From Acholeplasmataceae bacterium (GTDB lineage: Bacteria > Bacillota_I > Bacilli_A > Acholeplasmatales > Acholeplasmataceae), in NCBI GenBank assembly GCA_050953805.1, contig JBMNNE010000001.1, positions 186,079 to 250,078 on the forward strand: a stretch of DNA of 64,000 nucleotides, read 5' to 3'. A model generated the notes under the pieces. That model ran no database searches. It saw only the letters and a program-made list of their open reading frames with translations, and was not told the DNA's origin. Shown here one piece after another: positions 47,011 through 54,699 of the stretch. Made by a program: the position numbers and the translations under genes. Numbering within the stretch: the first letter of the stretch is position 1; each line of letters begins with the position of its first letter.

Positions 47011-47040
47011 TAACTTACATTAATTTAGGGATAAATTACA
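47011..47040 (-). promoter_or_regulatory. LytTR-type direct-repeat box C (9 bp - N12 - 9 bp) upstream of the lipoprotein gene
   Basis: + strand TAACTTACA-ttaatttaggga-TAAATTACA. The proximal repeat is exactly 34 nt from the TATAAT at 46976-46971. Confidence 0.6.
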
Positions 47041-47049
47041 GTATATTAT

Positions 47050-47216
47050 TTATGTTCTTTTTCTAAATTTACAATTGATTGTTTCATTTCTCATCAACCG
47101 GCCTTTAGAACCGATAACTCGATGGCACGACTGGCTTTTGGATTTCCTATCGCTACTGCAATTTTTATAACTGCGAGTTTCTCCATAAGAAATCCGCAAA
47201 AGTTCGGACACGCTTT
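47050..47216 (-). pseudogene. ogt: decayed remnant of methylated-DNA-protein-cysteine methyltransferase (ogt/MGMT C-terminal domain)
   Basis: Minus-strand translation gives ELLRISYGETRSYKN in one frame and IAVAIGNPKASRA in another. SCHRVIGSKGRL then reads in the first frame and overlaps the PKASRA nucleotides. So there is a frameshift plus an internal deletion of the segment before the PCHR active site, and no N-terminal domain. Confidence 0.7.
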
Positions 47217-47250
47217 AATTTGAATATATGCTTAATCTGTTACTTTATTT

Positions 47251-47769
47251 TTATAAAGATTCTTTGATTCTTTTAATGGTATTTTTTAACCAATCAATGG
47301 TTACTTGATTTTGGATAATACCATATTCTAAAGTTAAATCAAACGAAAGATTCTTTTTAATATTCGGAATTGAAGTTTGCATTTCTAAATATATCTGTTG
47401 TTGAATTTCTAGTTCATTTAAAACATTTTTCAAATCAATTAACAATGAAGGGTAATCTTCTTTTTTACTAACAAATAGTTTTAACAACAACTCATCACGA
47501 TAGATTGTTGTATGTTGATGATTTGATAACCATTTAGAAAGTTCATTTTGCCCTTTTTCAGTGATTTCAAAAATAATCTTTTTTCTAGATCCAGGTTCAG
47601 ATAACTTTGTAACTAAGTTTTCTTTTGCTAAAAGATTTAAAGTTCGATGAACATTGCTATAAGATTCGTTCCAAAAATAACCAATTGATTCTTTAGCGAA
47701 TTTTGAAAGATCATATGCCGACATCTTTCTAATATTTAATAATCCTAATAAAGCGTATTTGGTTGACAT
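47251..47769 (-). CDS. PadR-family transcriptional regulator
   Basis: MSTKYALLGLLNIRKMSAYDLSKF..W..SYSNVHRTLNLLAKENLV is a winged-helix PadR signature. RBS AGAGGTG sits 5 nt upstream of ATG 47769. Confidence 0.8.
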   Translation of the reverse strand: MSTKYALLGLLNIRKMSAYDLSKFAKESIGYFWNESYSNVHRTLNLLAKENLVTKLSEPGSRKKIIFEITEKGQNELSKWLSNHQHTTIYRDELLLKLFVSKKEDYPSLLIDLKNVLNELEIQQQIYLEMQTSIPNIKKNLSFDLTLEYGIIQNQVTIDWLKNTIKRIKESL

Positions 47770-47834
47770 AGGGCACCTCTTTTTAATCATTTTCTTATTT
47801 TATTTGGTATTCTCAACTTGATAACTCCATTATA

Positions 47835-47866
47835 TACATATCTGATAGATATGTAAATAAATTTAC
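47835..47866. promoter_or_regulatory. two overlapping palindromes upstream of padR (candidate operator)
   Basis: TACATATC-tgata-GATATGTA (47835-47855) and GTAAAT-aa-ATTTAC (47853-47866), 66-97 bp upstream of the padR start. Confidence 0.35.
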
Positions 47867-47990
47867 TCATCAAAAAATAATAATAAAGATGAGAAATTAA
47901 GTTATTAATAAAACAAATTTCAAAATCTTTTTAGTTTTTCCTTATTATAATATTTTTAGCAAATGAAAAATGGTTTGTGTTTGCTTCCCA

Positions 47991-48090
47991 TAAAAAAGAC
48001 ACCTCCAAAGTGTGCGCCTACGATTGGGTAACCATAGGTCCTACATGAATCTAAACTGTTTTGTTTATTTCATGTATCTACTTTGGAGGT
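47991..48090 (-). terminator. large GC-rich nested stem-loop followed by a U-run (terminator-like) downstream of the surface-protein gene
   Basis: Perfect 11-bp outer stem ACCTCCAAAGT (48001-48011) / ACTTTGGAGGT (48080-48090). Inner 8-bp stem TACATGAA / TTCATGTA (48042-48049 / 48069-48076). On the minus strand the outer stem is followed by GTCTTTTTTA. Confidence 0.5.
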
Positions 48091-48129
48091 ATCATATTTA
48101 GCCCTTTTTCATATATTTTTTTAATTAAA

Positions 48130-51100
48130 TTATTTTATTGTTGGATAATCTCCATTTTCATAATCTAGTGTATCTAAATTCCAAATTTCTTCTGACCAAC
48201 CTAAAGTATTGGTATAAAATGATTTACTATTTAAGTCATTTACTGTAATGATAGGATATTCACTTTGCATGCTTTCGTTATTGACTTTTAAAATAACATC
48301 TTCAGCAATATATGAATTGTTAATATTGTTAATTTCTCCGCCATTTCCAATCAATCCGTTCACTCTAGTGAATGAAGTTGTGGTTACATTTATTGTTGTT
48401 CCACTTACATATGAATTATTTATATTATTTATATAAGTATTATTTCCAACCAATCCCCCTACAGTAACAGATGAATTTGTTATTATATTTATCGTTGTTC
48501 CGTTCACATATGAATTATTTACAGATGTAATAAGATTGGTTTCTCCGATAAATCCCCCAGCAACAGCAATTGCATTGGTGTTTATTGATATTGTTGTTCC
48601 ACTTACATATGAATTTCTAATCTCGGCATACGACTCATAATATAAAACTTTCGCAATGAAAGCCCCCAAACAAATTTCGCCTTTCGTTTTAATAGAAATA
48701 TAGGCGTCAACTAATCCTAGACCATCTATTAAACCACCAAAATTGTTAAATAATGCTATAAATTGTTGGTTTTCTGATTCGTTTTCCAACACAATAGATA
48801 AATTTTTAATTTCAAAACCTCTACCATATAGCACTCCGATAAAATTATAAGGCATCCATTTATGGTTCATTGCATTTATATCATTTACAAGTTGATAAGC
48901 ATATCCGCTTTCCATATTTTGTAATTCTTCTATCGTAGAAATGTTTCTTATCGTTAATGAATTAACAACAAATAAAACCTTATTAACATTACTAATTGTT
49001 TTTGTAGAATGTTCTACTCCTTCTATTCCATATGTTATTGATTTTACACTTACCGATATACTATTAGCGTATAAGCCTCCTTTTTGTTTTAGTTTAATTG
49101 TATTGTTATCTATTTTTTCAAGTTCCGTTGAATCATAAATGTGGTCACTAAGTCCTTGATTATCAGCTAAAACGACACCACTAATATCATAACCAGTTGG
49201 ATTGTCTAGATTAATAATTAAATAATTATCTTCTTCTTTCACAAAATAATCTAAACCATTCGCTTCTTCAATTGATAAAATACCAACATCACCTAATATT
49301 AAAATACTGTCTGAATATGTCAAACTTATAGGCTGATATTTCATTTGATCAAAAGCCAAATAATTAATTGCTGTAATTTGAACATCATATGTTCCACCCT
49401 CAAATTCAGGGATAAATTTAAAAATGGCATGAGCAGCAGTATTTGATGTTACAACATCAATTTTTTGTTCATTAATATAAAAAGCTTTAATATTAAGTTT
49501 TGCAGGATTCTCATAAAAAACTTGAACATGCACTTCTTCTCCAACCTTTGGATACGAATTGTTTAAAATGGTGATTCCCGTTATTTCAATTGGAGTCGCT
49601 AAGGTAGCTATTGGATTGGATAAATTTAATTGCCGAGCTCCCCCTCCATCATTTAAATCATATGTATAAACAACTCTAATTTCATATAAGTTATTTGATA
49701 ATAATCCAGTGAACTCTCTTAATGTTAAGTCTTCTAAACTTTTTACTTCTTCAGTTCCTTTATATAACTTGATTGAAGTAATCTCTCCTACTGAATCAGT
49801 GTCTTCTACATCTAAATCAAATTCAATTGATATTTGGGTTTCTACTACATCTATTATTTCTACTGTTGGAGTTGCTTTTGCTTTAGTTGTTACTTGATGT
49901 GTATCAATTGCTGTTCGTTCACCAACTCCATCATTTAGATCATATGTATAAACAACTCTAATTTCATATAAGTTATTTGATAATAATCCAGTGAACTCTC
50001 TTAATGTTAAGTCGGTTAAACTTTTTACTTCTTCAGTTCCTTTATATAACTTGATTGAAGTAATCTCTCCTACTGAATCAGTGTCTTCTACATCTAAATC
50101 AAATTCAATTGATGTTTGAGTTTCTACTACATCTACTATTTCTATTATTGGAGTTGCTTTTGCTTTAGTTGTTACTTGATGTGTATCAATTGCTGTTTGT
50201 TCGCCAAATCCATCATTTAAATCATATGTATAAACAACTCTAATTTCATATAAGTTATTTGATAATAATCCAGTGAACTCTCTTAATGTTAAGTCGGTTA
50301 AACTTTTTACTTCTTCAGTTCCTTTATATAACTTGATTGAAGTAATCTCTCCTACTGAATCAGTGTCTTCTACATCTAAATCAAATTCAATTGATATTTG
50401 GGTTTCTACTACATCTATTATTTCTACTGTTGGAGTTGCTTTTGCTTTAGTTGTTACTTGATGTGTATCAATTGCTGTTTGTTCGCCAAATCCATCATTT
50501 AAATCATATGTATAAACAACTCTAATTTCATATAAGTTATTTGATAATAATCCAGTGAACTCTCTTAATGTTAAGTCGGTTAAACTTTTTACTTCTTCAG
50601 TTCCTTTATATAACTTAATTGAAGTTAATGAACCTGTTTCAGCATTATCATCGATAACTATGTCAAAGGCAATTGAATCTTGAGTTTCTTTAACATTGGT
50701 TAAATTTATCATCTTCTTAGTATAAAAAGCATGTTTTTCTAATACTACTAATTGACTTCCATTACCATCTAATGAATCATAACTAGTAACTATAGCATAT
50801 TGATAAAGTGTATCTTGTTTTAATTTATCAAATAACACTTCATTATTACCAACAACTAATTCTTTTTCTTTAATCATATTTTCTCCGTCATATAAATAGA
50901 TCATTAATGGACTTTCATATAATTCAATCAAATTTGCCGGATCAGCTACTTGTGCGTTTAATGAAATGCTAGTCGTATCAACTTTTAAATTACTTGTAGA
51001 TGCATATGGAAGCACATCATATGTCACTCCCACTTTAACCGTTCTATCACCAGCAAAAATGGCATCTTTAATTTCAGTACCATCAATATATTTAATCGCA

Positions 51101-51600
51101 TCAATTGTATAATCTTTAATTCCTGATACATCGCCTGAATTCGCTTTTAAAATTAAGTTTTCAGAATCAGATCCATCTTGAAATTGATAGTTTTGATAAA
51201 ATACTCCATTTAATGTAAACGACAATATAACAAAATTATCGGGATTTAATAATTTTACTGTAATATAAAAATCCTTATTTTTAGTTGTATAATATTCAAC
51301 ATCTTCACTTGTTATTACATCTAATTTATTTTCAACTTCATCTTCAATAGTACTTCCATCAAAGTTATCATAAGGATCTTCTTGATCGATCTCATCATCA
51401 TCTTGATCGGTGTCATTATCATTTTCACCAAAAAATAATGGTGAATTATAAACCATTTGTTTTTCCAAAGTATCAGTAACTTTCATACCTTGATAAACCG
51501 GAATTGCTTTTTCTTTTTTATTTTCTTCTTTATCACAAGCTGATAAAAAGAAAAATAATAAGAAAAATGCTAAAACAGTTAACATTTTTTTAATTCGCAT
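48130..51600 (-). CDS. large surface lipoprotein with four 94-aa tandem repeats and C-terminal GLUG-motif repeats
   Basis: Lipobox FFLSACDKEE. Four copies of ..ETQxSIEFDLDVEDTDSVGEITSIKLYKGTEEVKSLTDLTLREFTGLLSNNLYEIRVVYTYDLNDG.. C-terminal repeats NSYVSGTTI....GG(F/L)(I/V)G are GLUG-like. ATG 51600 is preferred, because GTG 51609 lies inside RBS AGAGGTGAGG. Confidence 0.8.
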   Translation of the reverse strand: MRIKKMLTVLAFFLLFFFLSACDKEENKKEKAIPVYQGMKVTDTLEKQMVYNSPLFFGENDNDTDQDDDEIDQEDPYDNFDGSTIEDEVENKLDVITSEDVEYYTTKNKDFYITVKLLNPDNFVILSFTLNGVFYQNYQFQDGSDSENLILKANSGDVSGIKDYTIDAIKYIDGTEIKDAIFAGDRTVKVGVTYDVLPYASTSNLKVDTTSISLNAQVADPANLIELYESPLMIYLYDGENMIKEKELVVGNNEVLFDKLKQDTLYQYAIVTSYDSLDGNGSQLVVLEKHAFYTKKMINLTNVKETQDSIAFDIVIDDNAETGSLTSIKLYKGTEEVKSLTDLTLREFTGLLSNNLYEIRVVYTYDLNDGFGEQTAIDTHQVTTKAKATPTVEIIDVVETQISIEFDLDVEDTDSVGEITSIKLYKGTEEVKSLTDLTLREFTGLLSNNLYEIRVVYTYDLNDGFGEQTAIDTHQVTTKAKATPIIEIVDVVETQTSIEFDLDVEDTDSVGEITSIKLYKGTEEVKSLTDLTLREFTGLLSNNLYEIRVVYTYDLNDGVGERTAIDTHQVTTKAKATPTVEIIDVVETQISIEFDLDVEDTDSVGEITSIKLYKGTEEVKSLEDLTLREFTGLLSNNLYEIRVVYTYDLNDGGGARQLNLSNPIATLATPIEITGITILNNSYPKVGEEVHVQVFYENPAKLNIKAFYINEQKIDVVTSNTAAHAIFKFIPEFEGGTYDVQITAINYLAFDQMKYQPISLTYSDSILILGDVGILSIEEANGLDYFVKEEDNYLIINLDNPTGYDISGVVLADNQGLSDHIYDSTELEKIDNNTIKLKQKGGLYANSISVSVKSITYGIEGVEHSTKTISNVNKVLFVVNSLTIRNISTIEELQNMESGYAYQLVNDINAMNHKWMPYNFIGVLYGRGFEIKNLSIVLENESENQQFIALFNNFGGLIDGLGLVDAYISIKTKGEICLGAFIAKVLYYESYAEIRNSYVSGTTISINTNAIAVAGGFIGETNLITSVNNSYVNGTTINIITNSSVTVGGLVGNNTYINNINNSYVSGTTINVTTTSFTRVNGLIGNGGEINNINNSYIAEDVILKVNNESMQSEYPIITVNDLNSKSFYTNTLGWSEEIWNLDTLDYENGDYPTIK
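49645..50772 (-). repeat. 282-bp in-frame tandem repeat, four copies, three and a half nearly identical at DNA level
   Basis: The string CCATCATTTAAATCATATGTATAAACAACTC recurs at about 49645, 49927, 50209 and 50491, exactly 282 bp apart, with only scattered SNPs. The copy at the highest coordinates diverges after about 50625. Confidence 0.9.
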
Positions 51601-51773
51601 ATACCTCACCTCTTATTTTTAATATTTATAACAAGATACCTTTATTTTATATTAACAAACAAAAAAATACAATACCCCTCATATAATTTACCCAAATTAT
51701 AATAATTATCAATTATGGTTGTATAATCTAAACTAATTCGAGAAAAAACACCGTTTTTGATTTCGATTTAACA

Positions 51774-51812
51774 TTAAAAAAGGGTTCTAGTAGCAAGAAG
51801 TTACATAGAACC
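51774..51812 (-). terminator. intrinsic terminator after the ArsB/NhaD-type permease gene
   Basis: GGTTCTA (51783-51789) / TAGAACC (51806-51812) with a 16-nt loop. C plus T6 follows on the minus strand. Confidence 0.65.
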
Positions 51813-51851
51813 ACATAAACATTATTAAGTTTATTTTTTACCAAAAATTAT

Positions 51852-53150
51852 CTAAATCATCAGCTCAAGTAAACCTAGTGAAACAATCATTGTAACTATT
51901 CCTACGATGAAAATATGTTTAATATAACTGAAAAAGTTTAGTTTTACATCACTATGTTTTAAAATATTCATCCACATAAGTCCTGCTAACGCACCAAGGG
52001 GTGTTAATAAAACACCTAAATTACTACCGATTACGCTAGCATACATTGCTGGTAAACGAATCGTTTTGTCTGTGATTTGTAATATCTCACTAAACAACAT
52101 ACTTGCAGGTTGATTATTCATCAAGTTTGAAGTAACAAATGTCCCAACACCATAATTAAAAATTACATTACCTTTTGATAAAAGTGATGCAAAAACAACT
52201 ATAACTCCACTTTGTCTTAAGGTTTCTACTAATACGAACATTGATAACACCAGTGGAATAAAGTTCCAAGGAGCTATTCGATAAGCATTAATTAAAGGTC
52301 TAAAATCTTTTTTCCTAAAAAATAAATAGCCAGAAGCAAATAAAGTTAGAAAAAGGGCCATTAATAATACAATCAAATATAGCTCTGCATCAATAAAATT
52401 AGCTACCGCAAGTAATACGAGGGTTGCTATCATTATGAAAAGTGTTATCAATGTTAATGGTTTATCTTTTAATTCGTATTCATGACTACTTCCCTCATAC
52501 GGAAGTTTTAAATCTTTATAAAATAGTAAAAGTAAAACCATTAAGCCACTTATCCCAGCCCCAATTGCTGGTAAGTACATTACTTTAAAATATTCAAAAA
52601 AAGTAACATCCTCATTGAGTGCTAAATACATATTTGTTGGATTACCAACAATCAGCATAATACTCCAAGTATTAGCGGCAGTTAAAATAGCGAATAAATA
52701 TGGTAAAGGTTTAATCTTAGCCTCTCGTGTAAAATAAATTACTAGAGGTGTAAAAGTTAAAATAATGACATCGTTACTAGTTATTATCGTTAATAAACCA
52801 ACTAAGAAATATAAACTTACAAATAATGTTATTTGACTATTTTTAATTTTCTTTAAAAGTATATAGGCTAACCATTTAAAAAATCCTAATTCATCAAGAA
52901 ACAAACTAAAAAATGTCATCATAATAAATAAAATAACAAGTTTAACAGGATTCATCGCATCATTATTAATAAGTCCGTTCCATAATGATCTTAAATCAAG
53001 TGTAAAAGTTAAAATAATAAGCAACGCTCCAAAAAAAACGATGACCCAATAGGTATCAATGGACCATCTTCTAAATTTAATTTTTGGAAAAAATAGGAGA
53101 CTACTTATCATAACAATAAGGGTAATAATAACAATAATATTTCCAATCAT
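51852..53150 (-). CDS. ArsB/NhaD-superfamily ion permease
   Basis: Polytopic protein of about 432 aa. ..IVGNPTNMYLA.. and ..VIGSNLGVLLTPLGALAGLMWMNIL.. resemble the paired hairpin motifs of ArsB/CitMHS-type permeases. ATG 53150 is preferred because RBS GAGGA sits 8 nt upstream; the ORF track starts at 53165. Confidence 0.65.
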   Translation of the reverse strand: MIGNIIVIITLIVMISSLLFFPKIKFRRWSIDTYWVIVFFGALLIILTFTLDLRSLWNGLINNDAMNPVKLVILFIMMTFFSLFLDELGFFKWLAYILLKKIKNSQITLFVSLYFLVGLLTIITSNDVIILTFTPLVIYFTREAKIKPLPYLFAILTAANTWSIMLIVGNPTNMYLALNEDVTFFEYFKVMYLPAIGAGISGLMVLLLLFYKDLKLPYEGSSHEYELKDKPLTLITLFIMIATLVLLAVANFIDAELYLIVLLMALFLTLFASGYLFFRKKDFRPLINAYRIAPWNFIPLVLSMFVLVETLRQSGVIVVFASLLSKGNVIFNYGVGTFVTSNLMNNQPASMLFSEILQITDKTIRLPAMYASVIGSNLGVLLTPLGALAGLMWMNILKHSDVKLNFFSYIKHIFIVGIVTMIVSLGLLELMI

Positions 53151-53372
53151 AAAGCGTATCCTCATATAATATTATACACCATTATAAAGATAGTAACTCT
53201 ATAAATCCAATTACAAACATATTTAATCTTTTATCCATAAAATTTATATTTATACAACAATAGCCTTAATCATTAATTCCACTCCAATCATAATAATTTA
53301 ATCCTTTTATTTTCAAATAATCTTTTCAATAATTTCGCTTTGTAAACCGATTTTAAGTAATTATCAAAAAAT

Positions 53373-53414
53373 AAAAAAAGTTGGCATTAAATCAAAAATT
53401 ATTTTAATACCAAC
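53373..53414 (-). terminator. intrinsic terminator downstream of the LytTR/DUF3021-like pair
   Basis: GTTGGCATTAAA / TTTAATACCAAC stem (one mismatch) followed by T7 on the minus strand. Confidence 0.6.
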
Positions 53415-53500
53415 CTTAAGGTTAAATTATTTTTTATTCATTTTTATAATGAGTTAATAATATAACAATATCCCAATAGATATTATTTACTATTTAATCT

Positions 53501-53959
53501 TTATCCTCGTTCTTTATAGGCTTTCAAATCCTCATTCATTCTTTCAACTTCTTTTTTCCATATCAAATACATAATTGCCCAAATCAATGCATACACAACA
53601 ATAACAATTAAGGCAATCGCTAAACAACTAACAATATTAAATGGGACCCATCGAAGCACGGTAAAGACAATTATAAATCCAATTAAGATTGATACTGAAT
53701 GGGCGATTGTCGCCTTTAATAAACTCCAAGAATCAATATCATAAAAACTAACACCACCAAAACATACTGAACCAAGTAATCCTGATAGTATTGTCTGTAG
53801 AATGATGGCTAGTGTGTATCCCATAGCCTCTACTTGGTGTTCAGATACGATTCTAGCCCCTTCGCCATAACCTAGATTAACTAATAAAGTAATGAGGTTC
53901 CCCATAATCGCACCAACAAGAAAACCGACAATAATTCTAATAATTAATTTTCTTTTCAT
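53501..53959 (-). CDS. small 4-TM membrane protein, DUF3021-like partner of a LytTR regulator
   Basis: 152 aa with four predicted TM helices and a charged C-terminal tail. A 4-nt overlap with the upstream LytTR gene. This pairing is typical of LytTR plus DUF3021 modules in Firmicutes (recalled). Confidence 0.5.
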   Translation of the reverse strand: MKRKLIIRIIVGFLVGAIMGNLITLLVNLGYGEGARIVSEHQVEAMGYTLAIILQTILSGLLGSVCFGGVSFYDIDSWSLLKATIAHSVSILIGFIIVFTVLRWVPFNIVSCLAIALIVIVVYALIWAIMYLIWKKEVERMNEDLKAYKERG

Positions 53960-54408
53960 TTTGCAGGCTTACCTCCTCTTAAAATTTCTCTAATTTGTTT
54001 CGTATACCTCCTTGAAGTATACGACTTAATTCCATGAATCATTTCAATTTTAATGATTCCTCCACCTTCAAAACTCCATTTTTTTACATACTTAAGATTG
54101 ACAATCTCTGATTGTGATATCTTAACAAACCAAGTCGGATTAAGTTTGGTTTCAATCTGATATAAAGGTTCACTTAAAACATATTCTCCATTAATCGTTT
54201 TAACAGAAATAAATCTTCCACTTTTAGACAAAATGATAATATCATTAGTATCAATTAATTGCTCATCTGAAAGAAGCTGACAAGAAAGTTTCTCGCCGCC
54301 TAAAAGTTCAAGTATCTTATTGACTTCTTCGGTTTGAGCTTTAGCCTTAATGATAACCTCAGTTTCACTGACGCTATCATCATGGATAAACTTTAATTTA
54401 AATGACAT
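53956..54408 (-). CDS. stand-alone LytTR-domain DNA-binding protein
   Basis: 150 aa. The C-terminal LytTR signature is ..WFVKISQSEIVNLKYVKKW..GG.I.I....G.K.YTSRRY. No receiver domain. Confidence 0.7.
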   Translation of the reverse strand: MSFKLKFIHDDSVSETEVIIKAKAQTEEVNKILELLGGEKLSCQLLSDEQLIDTNDIIILSKSGRFISVKTINGEYVLSEPLYQIETKLNPTWFVKISQSEIVNLKYVKKWSFEGGGIIKIEMIHGIKSYTSRRYTKQIREILRGGKPAK

Positions 54409-54483
54409 CTAAGACTCCCTTACTAATTGATTGTTACAATTTTATTATAATTTTTATTTTTTTAATAGTCAATTATAAATGAA

Positions 54484-54510
54484 TAATCGGTTAATTTTTG
54501 ACATATTCGG
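54484..54510 (-). promoter_or_regulatory. candidate direct repeats upstream of the second LytTR gene
   Basis: TAATCGG (54484-54490) and TATTCGG (54504-54510), 20-bp period. The proximal copy is 34 nt from a minus-strand TATAAT (54449-54444). Confidence 0.3.
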
Positions 54511-54514
54511 CATT

Positions 54515-54551
54515 TAAAAAGACTTGACTTTTGTTAAATATCAAAATCAAG
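54515..54551 (-). terminator. hairpin plus T-run downstream of the PAS-GGDEF gene
   Basis: CTTGA(c)TTTTG / CAAAATCAAG stem with an 8-nt loop. TCTTTTT follows on the minus strand. It lies about 150 nt after the stop codon. Confidence 0.45.
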
Positions 54552-54699
54552 CCTTAAACTAACATTTTTTAATTAAATTTAAATAACTATTTAATTAATA
54601 AAATTACCGATGAATATGATCCATTCTATCTCTGGACACATTATCTTGATATTTTTCATTTTCAATATTGATTTAACTCACTGTAATAAAATAATTTAT

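Noticed and set aside
48001-48090. Reading the 11-bp inverted repeats as the terminal inverted repeats of a MITE.
   Set aside because: The element has no flanking target-site duplication (flanks ..AAGAC / ATCAT..). I noticed no second copy in the window and no transposase nearby. A U-run follows it in the sense of the upstream gene, so a structural or terminator role is more parsimonious.
51797-51805. An isolated GAAGTTACA half-site resembling the LytTR box repeats.
   Set aside because: No partner sits at plus or minus 21 bp, and the half-site lies in the loop of a terminator hairpin. Single AAnTTACA cores are expected dozens of times by chance in 64 kb of this composition.
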